Shown: one piece after another, positions 25,364 through 37,932 of the stretch
Layout: every line of letters begins with the position of its first letter
Position numbering within the stretch: position 1 is the first letter of the stretch
From: Podarcis gaigeae
Lineage: Eukaryota
Assembly (NCBI GenBank): GCA_964106915.2
Contig: OZ066917.1
Length of the DNA stretch: 64,000 nucleotides
Direction: 5' to 3' (one strand)
Translations under genes and position numbers: made by a program
Notes under the pieces: generated by a model
Database searches by the model: none
What the model was told of the DNA's origin: nothing
Seen by the model: the letters and a program-made list of their open reading frames with translations, nothing else

Positions 25364-25497
25364 ACATGTGTGGGAACTTTTGGCCCTCCAGATGTTTCTC
25401 GAACTACAACTCCTGTCAGGCCCATCAAGCTTGGCCAGTGGCCAGGGATGATGGGAATTGTAGTAACATCAGGTGAGCCAAAGTTTATCCCCAAGTG
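25364..25497. mobile_element. Short palindromic hAT-like MITE (relatives near 38370-38485, 41890-41985 and 45475-45600)
   Basis: GGCCCTCCAGATGTT..ACTACAACTCC ... GGGAATTGTAGT..ACATC pattern recurs in degenerate form across the window. Confidence 0.65.
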
Positions 25498-26269
25498 GTA
25501 GAAATCCCCTAGATACTCTGATAGGACTTGCATGGCTCAGTTGCTCAGGATATTCTAATCTCTAAATTGATGGTTTAAAGACTCTGGTAACTCCAGTGCT
25601 GATTCTGATTTTCTATTCTGTTTGCCCATCTTTTTAGCAGTGCCAAAGTTGCAGTTCTCCAATATGCCCAGCTCTGTTCCATCTGAACTGAGAGAGGTGT
25701 TTGAAGAGCTAGGCCCATACTTAGAGATGGTGATGGGTTCAGTATGGGCCAGTGAATTGAGACTGGATCCAGAAAATATAGAGGCGTTATTGTCGGGGAT
25801 GGACCTTGGTTAATATGCCACCCTGTGCAAGGCCATTTGACGCCCTCCACTCCAGCCCTCGTGGCGCCAGTTTAAGCCAGGCTTTGAGAAGGAGGTGTGA
25901 GGGCTCTAGCAGGGTCCTTCCCAACTCCTGGTAAATGCTTGTCTGGCTTCGGAAGGAGAAAGAAGGACTCTAGGATCCTGTCAAAGCCCTCACGCATCCT
26001 TCCCAAGACCTGGTGAAGCCACACTGCAACAATGAAGTCAATGAACATTCAATGAACATTGAAGCCAAACTGCCCATTCATTGTTGCAAGTTCTTGAATC
26101 CAAGAGCTGGTGAGATGATCTGTTTTGAATGGGTTTTCAGTGCCTAGTGGTGCAGCAATAGAGCCACTAGCATATTTGCAATGCTAAGCAGAGTCCGGTA
26201 TTGTTTCAAATTGGATGGGGGACCACGTGTTGAGATTCCTGCACTGCAGGGGGTTGGATTGTATCTCTT

Positions 26270-26610
26270 GGAAGGAGCAGGTCTGTAGCTTGAGGGTATT
26301 CCTGGATCCAACATTGTCCTTGAAGGTTCAGGTGGCCTCAGGGACTAGGAGTACTTATTCCCAGCTCTCACTGGTTTGACTCATTTTAAATAGAGGTGAC
26401 TTGGTGACTGTATTCAGTCTTTTGGTAATCTCCCGGTTTGATTGCTGCAGTGCGCTGTGTGTGGGACTATCCTTGAAGACTGCTCAGAAACTCCAGCTGA
26501 TCAAAAATGCAGTGGCCAGATTACTAGCTGAGAGTCCATTTGGAACTCACATAACCCTTGTTCCAAAGCACTAGCACTGGGTGCCAGTTTGTTTCTGGAC
26601 CACTATGTCC
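26270..26610 (+). mobile_element. Degenerate L2 ORF2 fragment
   Basis: Frames read EQVCSLRVFLDPTLSL and LVISRFDCCSALCVGLSLKTAQKLQLIKNAVARLL. A similar antisense relic lies near 36340-36760. Confidence 0.75.
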
Positions 26611-28511
26611 AAACTGCAGTTATCAAGCATCTGACTCAATGAGCTGCTGTGGTCATTCATTGGCTCTTCCCCTGAATGCATGCTTAGCTAAACTTCATTT
26701 GTTTCCACCTAAATATTTCCTATTTAATCTCCTTATACCATTCTTCATCAAGGTCCCTTGCATGATGGTCCTCTAATTAACTCGCAGATGGATGGAAGCA
26801 CCCATAGCTCCTAATTGCTTATCCTGATTGCTTACACCCTTGCCTGCAGCTCCCTGCATTTCTCTACTGGACCCTGAACCTCTTTCTCATCCTACTGTTG
26901 TATCCTGATAAATGCTTTTAGGTCTTTCTCTTTTGCACAAGATATCCAGCTGTCGTAAAACCCTTGACACTGACTCCAGGTTTGGCACCTTGGCTCTTTA
27001 TGATGATTATTATTTTCCAAGAGTCTCATGCTGTACCAGGGTTTGCCTTCAGCTGAGGACCAAAATAGCCATGCTTTCACTACATGAACATGCTGTTGAT
27101 GTTTTACAAACAATTTCCCCTTCTCCCCCCCACCCCCCACCTTATTCAGAGGAGACAAGTGCAGGGAGTTTCTTACATAGACAGATATACAAAGCAGAAC
27201 TTTCCTTGGTTAGCTTTAGAAATCAGTCCCTTCAACTCTGTAGGAGGCTTTATACATAATAATAGCTCTTGCCTGCTTTTGGCTTGTTAATCTGTAGTTG
27301 GTATGTGGGTAATGTACATAGCAACTCGCAGGGTGGTAATTTGATCTTTTGTTCTGGGAGACACACCCTAATAAGAGAGAAGGATTCTGTCAAACTTGTT
27401 TAGCTCATCTCAGCCATGTTCTAGTGAGGTGAAACAGCTCCAGAACTTTCCTGCTGTGTTACCCTCATGCAAGGGAGACGAGATGCAAGTTAGAGCCAGG
27501 TTGACTTGGGTAGAATAAAACTTGCAATCTGAGGCTTAAGCTGTCACGCAGGAAAATGACTGACCAAATGGCAAAGTACTTAATGGCAATGGTAATAGAA
27601 TGAGATGTCTAAGGGAGATTAGCTCAGGCTAGAAAGTGCAGATGTATTGCTAAAGAAAATGGTGAGTTTGTTCACTGCTTATTTGTAGCAATTTTTCACA
27701 GCAAAATTGCTATCGCTTTTGCAGTATATATTTGTTAATGGATTTGTTGGTGTCATAGAGAACACAATTGAGCTTCCTTCAAATCAGTGAAAGGGTCCAG
27801 ATTCCCTTCTTCCATCGGATTTTATGTTGATTTATGCCCGTCCTCCCTCTGCTGACTGTAATTACTTGAACATATCTGCCAGAGGCAGTTTCTCTCATCC
27901 CTTGCCAGTGAACAAGCCTGGCATTGGCTCTGAACCTGTGGTAATATTGCACCGTGCCTCTTTCATTAGGCTATGCTGGGCAATGTTGGCCATGCTCCCT
28001 TTGCCATGTACTTTACAAAACATCTCTGTAATGGGAACGAGTTGAAGCCTGATCCATGGGAAGTGTTGATAACAAAGCTGCATTTTATGGAGGGTACCCT
28101 GGCTGAAAATGTGTGAAATGAGCAATATTGTAGAATAGTAGTGGGAGTGAAGAACACCAAACACATCTTTTTTTCTTGCTCTGGGGAAAAGAAATGACAT
28201 GGTACTGTTTTGGGTTCCCATTTCTTCATTTTCACTTCTAATTTCAAATCTGTTCTTTCTCTTGGATTCCAGGAAAATAACTGCCTAGCTTCATTAGACT
28301 GGTACAGTTCTCAAACTTTTGTCACATCTACATATGGCTGAGCAGGAAAGAAATCGTTATCTGACACATAGCCCAGAATGCATTTTTGCTGATCAATTCA
28401 TCAGCACTGTGTATGCCAGGTATAGCTCAAAATGTGTCTACCTATTTATGACCTGCAACATATAAATTAAACACAGCAGCAAATCTACTTAGAATCCTTG
28501 TACCTACCTTA

Positions 28512-29080
28512 AAAGGTAAAGGTAAAGGACCCCTGACAGTTAAGTCCAGTCGCAAACGACTCTGGGGTTGTGGAGCTCATCTCGCTATACTAGTCAAGGG
28601 AACCGACGTTTATCCGCAGACAGCTTTCCAGGTCATGTGGCCAGCATGACTAAGCCACTTCTGGCGAAACCAGAGCAGCGCACAGTACCTATTTATCTAC
28701 TTGCACTCTGACATGCTTTCGAACTGCTAGGTTGGCAGGAGCAGGGACCAAGCAACAGGAGGAGGAGGAGGAGAAGAGTTTGTATTTGATATCCCGCTTT
28801 ATCACTACCCAAAGGAGTCTCAAAGCTGCTAACAATCTCCTTTCCCTTCCTCCCCCACAACAAACACTCAGTGCAGTGAGTAGGGCTGAGAGACTTCAGA
28901 GAAGTGTGACTAGCCCAAGGTCACCCAGTAGCTGCATGTGGAGGAGCGGAGACGTGAACCCGGCTCACCAGATTATGAGACTACCACTCTTAACCACTAC
29001 ACCACACTAGCTCTCCCCATCACGGGGATTCGAACCGCCAACCTTCCAATCTGCAAGCCCTAGGCTCAGTGGTTTAGACC
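28512..29080 (-). mobile_element. Sauria SINE interrupted by a second SINE
   Basis: Tail aaaggtaaaggtaaagg at the left and head remnant at 29015-29080. 10-bp TSD ACCTACCTTA at 28502-28511 and 29081-29090. Confidence 0.92.
28758..29014 (-). mobile_element. tRNA-derived SINE (Squam3-like) nested in a Sauria SINE
   Basis: Same family as 9532-9775, with a (GGA)n/(GAA) tail; it interrupts the Sauria SINE sequence. Confidence 0.87.
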
Positions 29081-29859
29081 ACCTACCTTAGCCACTGTCA
29101 AACCTGGTTTTAAATTTTAAAAGTCTGATACCTTAAAAATAAAATGTTATTCAAGGATGCAGTGTTGTTCCTGAGTGCGCACTGACTGTGAGTGCATGGC
29201 GGGGGAAGATTGCTAGAAAATGTATTCGACATTTTAAGTGTTGTACATTGCTTCCTTCTGTTTTTTAGTCAAATATATGATATAGAGATATCCGGAAGAA
29301 TCTTAAAGAGTGGGAAGCAGGAAAAAGAACAGAATTCTCACATCTAAAACCTGGGCACGAAAAGAAAAACTAGTTAGAAGCTGCTTCCAAACTGCAAAAC
29401 TGCAATAAAGAAGAGAAGGTTGAAAGGCAGTCTGCCTTTTCTTACACTAAGTTGTAAAATATATGCATATAATTGGTTTTTTGAGGGGGGCAGCACTGCT
29501 AAATTCAGGACTTTTCAGAGGAAGGATGAGTTCATTTAGCCTTAAACCTCAAACTTTTTATAAACAGAGTAAGAGGCCTCAATGGCAGTGAAACTATGAA
29601 TACTATTAAAATATATCCAGAAGTACTATTAAGGCTCTGCTTTTGACAGAAAATCACTGCAAACTATAATTTTTGGCTCCAAAAATCTCTTCCAAATTAT
29701 ATGTGGTGACTTAGCATGCTACTTCCTCCTTGCTTTATTCTACTGCTTTCTGGAAAGGGTGGAAGTATCCTACCAAAAGCCTTTAGATAGACCTGCCCTA
29801 TGCACATTAAAATGTGTGTAGGACTGGCTTGCAAGAACCAAATCCCCAATACAGTAATC

Positions 29860-30364
29860 CAGAGGTTTTCAACCTTTTTGAGTCCACGGAAGAGGATCCC
29901 CCCAGCCTTAGTGGCCTAATGGAGAATGGCCAAACATGAGGCCAGCACCATACCTTGGGCGCTGCCAGGCCTGCATGGCAGAAAAGCTCCCCTTCAGCGC
30001 TGGGCACTCAGCTCCCAGTTAAGCCTTGCTCACAGCAAGCACAAGAAAGGCTAGTGCGTTGCCTGCCAGTCCGTTCCCAACAGCAAGGGCTGGCTGGGAG
30101 CTGAGTGCCCTCACCCACTTGCTTGCTTACTCCGAGGCCACCTCTGCTCCTGGCAACCAGCACCCCTTGGCCAGCCCCAGAAGCACCATTCATCTGCAGA
30201 GCTTGTAGCTGGGGCTGCTGCAACAAACAAGCCTTTGGGAGGCAGAGACGGAAGAGGGCATCAGAAGGAAGGGAAGAGGGACAGAGGCCAGTGTTGCCCA
30301 CAGCACCCCTGACCATCATTCAATGCACCCCAGGGTGCCACGGCAATTGGGGTGAAAACCACTG
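29860..30364. mobile_element. hAT MITE, GC-rich
   Basis: TIRs CAGAGGTTTTCAACC / GGGTGAAAACCACTG; 8-bp TSD CAG(T/C)AATC. Confidence 0.82.
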
Positions 30365-31880
30365 CAGCAATCTGCTTCTGTTTGTACACTGTCATGAGGA
30401 AGGCAGTACATGGTTCCACTGTTTGCACCATTCTTCCTTCAGACTAGCTTTTCAGATGTCCATGTTCAACACTGGTGTTGTTCATAACTCAGCCAGCCCA
30501 AGACATACATGGAAGTAAAGACAACAACGAGGGGTGGCTTGCAGTGGACCCTGGGGAAGGCTCCAGAAGACTTGGCAAGTCACTGTCTGATCCAAATTTT
30601 CCTCATCCTGCGCTCAAGTCTCATCAGTCACCACAGTGAGATCCACATGCCCTGCCTCCCTCCCTCTCTAGAACTGCCAGAGGCCAGCACTGAAGCTTCC
30701 TGTCACTCTGTCCATCCAGCCTTTGGAGTCAGATACAGATTCTACCCTTGCCTCTCCAGAGGGGGGGGTGCTGTGCTTGATTCTTCTGCCTCTCAAGTGG
30801 TAGGAACACCTCCCCGGCCACTTAAATCTCAGAAACACCAATGGAGGTGTGAACAAGTGTTCCAGCCTCCCAGGTGACATGTGAGATTGCTTGCTAAGGA
30901 ACCAAACTGCAATTCTGTGCTAAGTTTCTCTCTCTCCCTGCCCCGCTCCGGGCTTCAAGAGGAATGCAAGGGACATGTTGTCAGATCAACGTATTTCACT
31001 AAGCTTCTTGAAAGAATCAGCCTCTGAGTTTGTGTGCTTCGATTGAGGTTGCAGCAGAACAATAGGTTGCCCTTCTATAGATGTTAGAACCATTTTGCAC
31101 AGTTCACACAATGAAGGGCAGAGCTGATCTTCTGTAAAAATTTCCTGCTGCAACATTTCCTCACATTAAAACTCTTGTGCAGTAAACCAGCACAGCAGGA
31201 AGAGATCGGTGCTGAAGGCTTTTCTCTCTGATATGGTAGCTCACAACACCAAGGTGTTCCTCCTCACGACCACCATGGGAAAGTGCTAAAGTGCTAGATG
31301 CCACAATTCTGCCACGTCATACTCTGTAATGTGTAGAATGCTGCTTTGCCCTAAATTCACGAGCAGCAGGAGGATGTGATAAAATGGACTGTATTGGCTG
31401 TAGGCGAGATGCTGCTTTTTGAATAATTCCTCATGTTTAGAAATTTGTTCAAGTAGACCTAGCTGCTTCCCTACCGTGCTAATGAAGTGTAATGGCAGCA
31501 TGTCTGCTGTTTTCTTTCTACTGTAGAGGAATGCTCATGAGCAGTCAAAAGGCTCCTTCATATCTCTGCTTATTAAGTGGAGATACGGTTATCCAAAAAT
31601 CTCCTTGTCACATGGTCAGAAAGATCACAATTGTTTCCAGGCTGACGTTGTTTCGCAGGAGAGACTCAGTCGCATACTGGATAATCTTTACGACCGCACA
31701 GTGAAAGAGAATTAAAGAACTCAGACAGAACTAATGTGCTTCCCTTTGTGCAACATGTGGGATAAAAGTGTGTTAGGTGTGTAAAGTTTGTAAAAGTAAG
31801 AAGGCAGTGAGAATGGTGGGGGGGGGGGAATGAGTTGCAGGGCATGTTTTTCCCTAAGAGAGAGTTCTCCCTCCTTTTTT

Positions 31881-32385
31881 AAAAAAACAAAACATATTTT
31901 TATTAATGATTTCTTGGTTTACAAAAGTATGTGCAATGTCTCTTTTTTCAAGTTACATTTTCTACAAATCAGTTTCATTTGCTGAGACATTAGTGTTACA
32001 TTAGGAGGAAAAGGGGGAAAGAGGTGGAGAGGGGAATGGTGAGTGGGGGTGGTGTCGGGTGGCAATTTTTCTATTCTACTTAATGTTGTGTGGGGTTTTG
32101 TGTCAGCATCGCTTGTGCGGGTTCTCTTAACTATTCACTTGTGTTCCTTTGGTGGTGAGAGAGGTTGTGGTTGGCCTAGGGTGTGGTTGCTTGTGATTGG
32201 CTGTGGTGAACTTGGTTTTCTTGTGTCAGTGGGGTGGGTGGGTGTTTTGAATCAGGTTAGCCATGTTGATTCGTACGCTGTTGGTGGATTCTTGTCGTTG
32301 TCTTGTTGGGCTGTGTAAGGCGTCTTCTTCTATTTGTCCCCGTGTCGGTTTAAGTTTGTTGGTTAGTTTTTCTGATCAGGCTGTT
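31881..32385 (-). mobile_element. Probable L1/Tx1-type 3' end insertion
   Basis: 16-bp TSD TTCTCCCTCCTTTTTT at 31865-31880 and 32386-32401. The minus strand is strongly A/C-rich with a terminal AATAAA and a short EKLTNKLK-like peptide. Confidence 0.7.
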
Positions 32386-35036
32386 TTCTCCCTCCTTTTT
32401 TCAGCACACGCTGCTCAAGGTCTTATGACACCATTGGCCAAGCCAGCTTTTCATCCTTTTACACACACAGCCCCAAACTCCCTGCTGTGATGGGGAAGGG
32501 GAATAGAATACAAAACATGGTCTTGCGTGAATGGTATTGCTTTACAGAGAACTTTCATTGACACAGAGGAATGCAATCCTTACAAGTCAGGACCTAGTTC
32601 CCAAATCTGTTTTGGTTACCTCATCAAGGAACACTCCATTTAGATATGAAAGGTACCATGTAAAACTTCTGGTAAAGCTATAGATCTTATTACACAACAC
32701 ATTCCTTTAGGCAGCCCAGTAATGAAATGGACTACAACCAGAAATGCAAAATCTATAATCACAGTAAGTGAGTGGTGTCTGTTACAAAATAAATAGGGTG
32801 GTTACTTTGTAATACCAACATTGAATACCAAAGCTGACTGTTTTCATATTGGTCAATTGAATTAGGCAGTTTGAATCAGTCTTCTTATAAGTTCTTCAAC
32901 TTGGTGTTTAACTGTTTCTCTTTATTTAGCTTAATATGCTGAGTGACTCCTGCAGAGTTTGAAAAGCATGGCCACTAGAATTAAATTAGGACAATTACCT
33001 TTATTTGCATTAATTACACATCCTGCGGGAAAAGATATAGCACCGTTGCACTAGACCAAATTTGGGAAACTTGGCTCTCCTAGATGTTGCTGAATTGATT
33101 CTTATTATTATTCCTGGAAGCTTCAAGTTATTGTTTATTTTCCAGCAGTAACTAAATATTTAAATTACAATGTGGTGTATGTATCCCACAGCAATAGCAA
33201 CCTTGGCAATGCCTCTTCATGTCACAAACCAGTGTGCATTAAGGTATGTTGGTGGCTCCACCGCTGGAACACTGTACCCAGACAGAATCTCCTAATGCAG
33301 CAATTTTGCATTGTGTTTACATTTTGCTGCTTATTAGTTCTGAGATGAAAATAGATGGCAATCAACTCAAATGATAACTTTTATTAGCCACTGTTTTCTA
33401 GGGTCTAGATAACCTCTTAAAGTCTTACAAGGGTACCATTGACAGGATATAACTTCTAGTTTCTCTGATCCTATTAATTTTAATTGATCTTTATATATGT
33501 GGATGTGTATTGCACACCACTTAGAAACCACAAATTTAAGTGATGTATAAATTATTCTAAATAAATAAAAATGATTACTTAGCAAGTAGCAGCAAGGACC
33601 CCTGTGTTATATCCTGTTCACCAGACAAGGTATAACTGGATGGACATATTGGCTGCCCATGTCCTAAGTATGATCCTTATCTGCTTTTAGTTCTCCGGTA
33701 GTCTTTGGGTGAATTCTATATGTTACCGGTTAGTAATGCCTGGTTAATGTGAGTGTTTCACTCCACATAAATATTTAAATCCTTAATCTTTTTTGCCACA
33801 CGGAAAAAGACGTCAACAAGACTAACCTAGAACTACAATATGGATATCACAAAGATAATTGAGAATCTACTTCAGTAAACTTTGACAGTAGCAAGCAAGT
33901 AATTACACAGGAATTTCAGAAATGTTGTTTAAATAATTAGTTCTTTATGCACTGTGAAAGCAAAGCAGGCTCATACTTGGGTGTAGGCACTGGAGTAAAG
34001 GAAGTCGAATGCTCTGAAACTGATAGCCTCGTTTCTTCTGGAATGTGATTTGTCAAATGAGGTGCATGCGACGCACACTGGATTTCTTTTTCTTTTTCTT
34101 TAATTGATGTGGATTAAAGAAATGCACCACACCTCTGGATTAACCAGTTGGTGAATGGTGTGTGTGATCGAAGTATGAATCATAATGCTTTAAAAGCTAA
34201 CGATTTTTCACCACAGTGATATGATATATTAATGGCTTAAGGGGACGAGTAGTAAAAGAGATCTTGGCTTTTAAACAGCAGTCATACAACAGTTGCCAAA
34301 TGCCATTTTTAAAGCAGTCTTTTTCTTTATTATGAGCCAGAACAGTAGAGTGGGCAGGGTTGTATTTAGCTTGGGGAGAACTGAACAATGCTATCTTTGC
34401 TGAGTGTTCATTTAAATATAATGTCATGCTGGCTACCAAAGCGATATGAGCAGGAAATCCACAGCTACTAGACATCTCTAATGTCAAAAACATATCAAAG
34501 GCAGGTAAGAGGCTCTTATCAAACCTTTTTATGAATAGCAATGTCCTATCTAATACATGATATCATTACCAAGGCTGTAGGGCAAAGGTAGCAGACACAG
34601 GGATGTGGGGATTAGTTAACATAGTTTGTGTCAACTTGGCCAGTGGAGAATGCTGTGCATTGCCTGCTGGGAAAAACCTCTGTTCTGTAATTCCTTCTGT
34701 ATGCAGTTTCTAGTGAGATTAGACATTGTGATGCAAAGTATGCGCTGATCTCAGTATGCAGAATGAGCTATTTAATGATGCCCAGCATGTTTCAGCTTGA
34801 TGAGGTATTCCTCTAGGAATTTAAAAAAAGAGAGTACAACCTACTCTTTCTTCAGTATATTGAGATTGATTCTCTCTTTTTTTGGTCTATTCCAGTTGAT
34901 GCATCCCATTTTTTGTGTGTGTGTTGAAAGTACAAGTTGTCAGCTAATTGCATTTCTTAAATGTTGTACTTACTAAAGTACCTTAGAAATAAAACTGTTA
35001 GCCACCAGTGATATTTATTTATTAAGGACATTTTTA

Positions 35037-36127
35037 TTTTTATGTTTTTCAAAAATTATATTGATTTTCCAAAGAATTTTTTAAACAAACAAACAAACAA
35101 ACAAACAAACAAACAAACAAACATCTCAACCATATTTAAACCAAACTTAATAACATTGTTAAGTGACTTTCTCGTATCCCCCTTGTTGAACTTCAGTGTA
35201 TATCATTTTAACGGTTTTCCAAAACCACTATTCTTATAAAGTTAATTACTTAACATCATTATATTTTCCTTTCCAAATCAGTATTAAACATATTAATTCA
35301 TCTCATTACCTAGTTATGTCCTAAGCCTGTTATTTGCAAGCTTTTCCAATCAATTTAACTTAGCATATTTAACTAAATAGTCTTTAATTTTCATCCATTC
35401 TTCCTGATAGTCCTCCTCCTTCTGGTCACGGACTCTTCCAGTCAGGTCGGCTAGCTCCGAAAAGTCCATCATCTTCATGTGCCAGTCTTCCACTGTTGAT
35501 ACTTCTTGTGTTTTCCAATTCTTAACTAATAAAATTTGAGCAGCAGTTGTGTCATACAAAAATAATTTAACATCTTTCTTGGGCAATTCCAAACCTGTTA
35601 TTCCAAGAAGAAAGGCCTCTGGTTTCTATACTAGTAGTATAAATATACTAATTGTATATTTCAACATTTTTTTCAGTTCATTATAAATCTTCTCCCAGGA
35701 GTCTTTCACCTTGGGGCAGGTCCACCACATGTGATAAAAAGTACCTTCTTTATCTTTACATTTCCAACATAAGTTATCACTGTTATGGTAAATCTTTGCT
35801 AATTTTACAGAAGTCAAATACCATCTATACATCATTTTCATTATATTTTCCTTTAACACTGTACATGCAGTGAACTTGACCCCTTTCTTCCACAGTCTTT
35901 CCCAGTCTTCAAACATTATGTTATATCCCACATCTCTTGCCCAATCTACCATCACTGATTTAACTTGTTCATCCTTTGTATGCCACTCCAACAATAAATT
36001 ATACATTTTAGACAAATTTTTAACTTTAGAATCCAACAACTCTGTTTCCAACTTAGATTTTTCTGAGGCAAAACCATTTTTCTTATCTAATTTGTACAGT
36101 TCATTAATCTGATGATATTGTAGCCAA
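35037..36127 (-). mobile_element. L1-clade LINE, 5'-truncated, frameshifted ORF2 C-terminus
   Basis: ORFs 35626-36051 (CWKC...FYHMWWTC Cys-rich knuckle) and 35350-35592. 17-bp TSD TATTAAGGACATTTTTA at 35020-35036 and 36128-36144. Confidence 0.93.
35083..35121. repeat. (AAAC)n microsatellite within the L1 3' end
   Basis: Read directly. Confidence 0.9.
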
Positions 36128-36245
36128 TATTAAGGACATTTTTAAACCTCGCTTCATCAATTAATCCCAGAGTGGACTAAAACAGCAATAAAAGCAACAA
36201 CTCTAACAGCATATGAGCAGGCCATGATGGGAGGGGTATAAATAA

Positions 36246-36246
<1 letters not shown>

Positions 36247-36294
<48 letters not shown>
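36247..36294. repeat. (ATT)n microsatellite, probably an L2 tail
   Basis: Read directly; preceded by gatgggaggggtataaataa. Confidence 0.9.
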
Positions 36295-36295
<1 letters not shown>

Positions 36296-36946
36296 AAATA
36301 AAATACATAATAAACATTCCAGCATACCAATTGCAGCAGCAGACTGATGTTCCACAAATCTCTGGGCAAACAGATTTTAACCTGGCATGCCAGGCTTACT
36401 TCCAGGGAGAAGGTAGGTCATAGCTGGGGTGCTACCACCAAGAAGGCCTTATCTTGTGTCATCACCCTAGTGCTGGAACAATGAAAAAGCCTCCCCTTGA
36501 TCTAAACACCCAGGCAGGCTGCCAAGGTGAAGTGGAATTTCACATACCTGGTCCCTCAAGAGATTTCAGAGGGCTTTATAAGACAGTCATCTTAAATTTA
36601 CCCTGGAAATGATTAGGTCATCCAGTGAGGACCTTTCAGGATCAGTGTTCAGGATCCTTGATGTCTGTCTCCATTATCTTGCTTTGGCATACTGTACTAA
36701 CTGTAATTTCCAGATTGTCTTTAAAGGCAGCCCCATGTAGAGGGCAATATCCAAATGATCAAATAATACAGGCACTAGTATAACTGTTTAAAAAGATGAA
36801 TGGCATTAGAAAAGAATGGTTCAGAAGAATGGTAATTTATGAAGGGGGTGGGAAGACATTTGAGGGTTTAGCAGCTATTTGTTTTTCTGGCTTGAATGTC
36901 GTTATGAATGCATTACTTATATGCTAAGGCATAGCAGCCTAGCAGT

Positions 36947-37205
36947 TCCTGCCAACCTAGCAGTTCGAAAGCACGTCAAAGTGCAAGTAGATAAATAGGT
37001 ACCACTCCGGCGGGAAGGTAAAGGGCATTTCTGTGCGCTGCTCTGGTTTCGCCAGAAGCGGCTTAGTCATGCTGGCCACATGACCCGGAAAAACTGTCTA
37101 CGGACAAAATGCCGGCTCCCTCGACTAGTAAAGCGAGAGGAGTGCCGCAACCCTAGAGTCATTCATGGCTGGACTTAACAGTCACGGGTCCCTTTACCCT
37201 TTAAC
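36947..37205 (+). mobile_element. Sauria SINE, 5'-truncated
   Basis: Runs from the core CTGCCAACCTAGCAGTTCGAAAGCACG to the CCCTTTACC tail. Confidence 0.9.
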
Positions 37206-37861
37206 CCTGTATGTTTAATGAAAGTTGAATGAATTGCAATGGGAACCTGCAGATTATGAAGCTGGGGTGTGTGCCCTGTCCCTGATTCTAATAAAATAAA
37301 AGTGCAAATAGAGACACAGTATGGTAGACATAGTTTTGAACAAATTTTCAGGCCCTTGAGGTAAAACACCTTAAGAATGCAGCAAATTTGTTATTGGGGC
37401 CATTTCCCTGATAGAATGTCTCCTGTGCCCTCATTAAAAGATAGCACAGTCTTGCATTCATAACATGAACAATCATTAGGGATACAGATAGTCAACTCAA
37501 AACATGTGGTTGCCCCTGGCATTACTACAAACCTACAAAAATCAGTGTGAGGTTGGGGTAAATGTCTCTTCCTAGGTGAACTAGGGAAGGGTAGAGATCA
37601 TACTTGCAGCTCCTGTGTGTTTCTGAGGCCTACTGAGCACAACAGCGTGGATCCTATTCTGCCCCTTCTCTATGTCCAAACTTGGGAGGGAGATTGGAAC
37701 TTGTCACACTCACCAGGATTAGGGGCGGGGGGAGGTTTTTCACCATGCTGAGTAAAAATTGCAGACTTGAGAAATGACATCCTATGTATACATCTAAAAA
37801 GGCTTCATTTTCTTGTTTCCCATTTTCTGAAAAGACAGCTTATGATATGTTTTCTTTCTAG

Positions 37862-37932
37862 GCAGCTACTGGGAAAAGTTTTGGAAAGAACGACTTCCGT
37901 GCTGCTTTGGAAAATGGAGTCCTCCTGTGTGA
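37862..37932 (+). CDS. LMO7: LMO7 internal coding exon, calponin-homology domain part 1 (71 nt, phase 0 to phase 2)
   Basis: Acceptor ttttctttctag (AG 37860-37861) and donor GA|gtaagt. Translates AATGKSFGKNDFRAALENGVLLC(D), matching the LMO7 CH-domain segment (human AVTEKNFETKDFRASLENGVLLCD, recalled). Confidence 0.95.

Noticed and set aside
1-37861. Canonical first LMO7 coding exon (ending ...EAQRWVE-like, phase 0)
   Set aside because: No matching peptide with a splice donor was found by eye; it probably lies upstream of the window.
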